The position numbers and the translations under genes were made by a program. A stretch of DNA of 33,500 bases from Streptomycetales bacterium (GTDB lineage: Bacteria > Actinomycetota > Actinomycetes > JBOHCZ01): positions 1 to 33,500 of the forward strand of contig JBOHCZ010000351.1 in NCBI GenBank assembly GCA_050699195.1, given 5' to 3'. The notes beneath the pieces were generated by a model, which was not told the origin of the DNA, ran no database searches, and saw only the letters and a program-made list of their open reading frames with translations. Within the stretch, counting starts at the first letter, position 1; every line of letters begins with the position of its first letter. Positions 32,173 to 33,500 of the stretch are shown piece by piece.

Positions 32173-32720
32173 GATCTCGTTGCGGGTCAGCGGGATCATC
32201 CCGGCTGGTGGTGGTTGGGTGTGCTCAGTTGTTGCGGCGATGGTGAGGAATGCCAGCGCGAGCATGGCCAGGGTGACCCATCTGTACCAGGAGGTTCGGG
32301 TGCGGACCTGGTGTTCGTCCAGGCCCGCCAGGCCTTTGCTGGCCTGGAAGTCCTCCTCGACTGCCCAGCGGCGCCCGGCGGCTTGCACGAGGGCGGCGGG
32401 GGGGACGTGGCGGGGTGAGTAGCAGCGGTGGTAGGCGAGCTCGCGGGTGCGCCGGTGGCGGCGGACCAGCAGCCACTGGTGCCCGGGCAGGCCGGGATCG
32501 ATGGTGATCCAGGCCCAGTCGTAGCAGCTGGTGGCCTTTGGCGCCGGACCCGGCGGAGAGCCGCCGCCAGGCCCGGGGCGGCAGCCTGGCGGCGAGCGCG
32601 TCCGCGCGCCGGGCACCGGCCGCGGTGGCGACGGGGTGCTTTTTGGCCACGGTCAGCACATAGCTCACCCCGCATTCCTCCAGGCCGGCCCGTAATAGGG
32701 TCCGTCGTCGTTCGGATCTG
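32173..32720 (-). mobile_element. IS701-family DDE transposase remnant (C-terminal ~180 aa, one frameshift, truncated at both ends)
   Basis: One frame gives ...TLLRAGLEECGVSYVLTVAKKHPVATAAGARRADALAARLPPRAWRRLSAGSGAKG (about 32534-32701). The other gives YDWAWITIDPGLPGHQWLLVRRHRRTRELAYHRCYSP...AAGRRWAVEEDFQASKGLAGLDEHQVRTRTSWYRWVTLAMLALAFL (about 32173-32538). The frameshift is near 32520-32535. Confidence 0.7.
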
Positions 32721-32932
32721 TTGCTACACCGGCTGCTACACGACCTGCGGAGCCAGCTTGGGAAGCTGACTCGTGGTGATCGCCCGCGACCAGGCAACGC
32801 ATCTACCTGCACGTTCCTCCAGACTCCTCCCGTGAGTGCCCGTGATTGACCGCTGCGGACTCCTCGTTCGGGCACGCGGCGGGCACGCCCAGCCGCCCCG
32901 TGGGGCTTGGGTGGACCTGGTTATATGAACCC

Positions 32933-33085
32933 ATGCCGAAGTGGGGTGCCCGGCTCCGGACGATCGCCCAGTTCTTAGGGCTCATTGAGGACCGAGATGC
33001 TCCGCGTGCCCGGTGGGTTCGCGCGGTGGAGACGACGGTGGCTGTGATCGCTAGTGCGCTGATCGTTGAATTCCTGCGTAGGTAA
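32933..33085 (+). CDS. Possible small hypothetical protein (50 aa, one C-terminal hydrophobic helix)
   Basis: ATG at 32933 inside listed ORF 32846..33085. It lies in locally lower-GC DNA (GGTTATATGAACCCATG), and GC3 is noticeably lower than in the core genes. No family recognised. Confidence 0.25.
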   Translation: MPKWGARLRTIAQFLGLIEDRDAPRARWVRAVETTVAVIASALIVEFLRR

Positions 33086-33203
33086 TGTGGCCGGCGCCTG
33101 GTTGAGTCTCAGCCCTGCTGTCACCGGCCGCGCGCGGTCCCGGCGAGTCTCTCTATGGTGAGGGCCGCTTGGAGGGTTTCGCCCGGTGCCCTGGATCGGG
33201 CCG

Positions 33204-33302
33204 GGAGCGATGCCCCCCCTTAGCTAGGTGTGGTCACCTTCTTTGGCCCCGGCTGAGTGCCTGATCTTCACGAAGGTTGGCCCGAGCCTGGGGGCATCGT
33301 TT
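33204..33302 (+). other. Long-range inverted repeat / possible structured RNA element
   Basis: GGAGCGATGCCCCC (33204-33217) can pair with GGGGGCATCGTTTC (33289-33302). The two non-Watson-Crick positions are G-U only if transcribed from the plus strand. An inner ACCTTC/GAAGGT stem lies at 33235-33240 / 33271-33276. Confidence 0.2.
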
Positions 33303-33421
33303 CGGGCCCCGGCGCGAGGCAGGTGGGTAAAGCCTGCGAGCGGCCCGGACGCGAGCAGGCACGCGCTGGTGACCCAACCGTTCTGCTTCGGCAAGGGGGA
33401 TGCCTGCGGGGTTGCCCGGCG

Positions 33422-33451
33422 CGCCGGGACCGGCCCCCGCCGGGACCGGCC
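33422..33451. repeat. Tandem direct repeat GCCGGGACCGGCCC x2 (16-bp period)
   Basis: Read directly at 33422-33435 and 33438-33451. Adjacent 12-bp palindrome CCGGCGCGCCGG at about 33415-33426. Confidence 0.8.
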
Positions 33452-33500
33452 CGAAGAGGCCGCACGCCCGGCGAGAGGGGCCAGGGTTTCGGCGCTGGCC

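Noticed and set aside
31633-32616. 327-aa ORF as a genuine transposase-RT fusion protein
   Set aside because: Both halves are internal fragments of their families. The transposase part needs a frameshift to continue upstream, and the C-terminal 69 aa are low-complexity read-through. The in-frame junction is most simply coincidental.
33208-33298. 6C-type small RNA, suggested by the C6 run at 33213-33218
   Set aside because: 6C RNAs have two hairpins with C-rich loops. Here the C-run is predicted to pair with a G-run about 70 nt away rather than sit in a loop, and there is no second C-rich loop.
1-33500. CRISPR arrays, tRNA, rRNA and tmRNA genes
   Set aside because: No regularly spaced 25-40-bp repeats, no T-loop-like GGTTCGAATCC-type sequences with matching acceptor stems, and no rRNA-like conserved blocks were seen on either strand. 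This was a search by eye only.

Overview
High-GC actinobacterial-type DNA: strong GC3 bias, many GTG starts, and frequent 4-nt stop/start overlaps. I support about 31 protein genes in six blocks.
(1) The tail of a gentisate-type ring-cleavage module (cupin dioxygenase + FAH hydrolase). It is followed by a stand-alone MetE-C-terminal-like Zn methyltransferase, an MBL-fold hydrolase and an amidohydrolase.
(2) A tightly overlapped minus-strand operon: alpha/beta hydrolase, LLM flavin monooxygenase, DUF3311, sodium:solute symporter, with a divergent LysR regulator.
(3) An 11-gene co-directional minus-strand array: TPP enzyme, NitT/TauT-type ABC importer, DinB-like protein, an embedded LysR, FAD oxidoreductase, IlvD/Edd dehydratase, split aconitase X, flavin reductase.
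(4) A GntR regulator divergent from that array.
(5) A tricarboxylate-type locus: TctC, a TctA carrying a C-terminal TctB-like module, an atypical SDR, a GntR, a TcuA-like flavoprotein, an isocitrate/isopropylmalate-family dehydrogenase and a truncated MFS gene.
(6) From about 30.7 kb, a decayed mobile-DNA patch: a duplicated small ORF, a mini GntR wHTH, a doubly frameshifted Phd/YefM antitoxin, and a group II intron RT fragment abutting an IS701-family transposase fragment. About 0.4 kb of ORF-poor, structure-rich DNA follows.
No rRNA, tRNA or CRISPR array was recognised.
The most interesting items are the AcnX + IlvD/Edd + FAD module of unknown pathway, the TctA-TctB fusion in a TcuB-less tricarballylate-like locus with a shared TGCATGCA operator candidate, and the nested mobile-element scars next to the truncated MFS gene.
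All product calls come from motif and family recognition by eye on the supplied translations, not from database searches.
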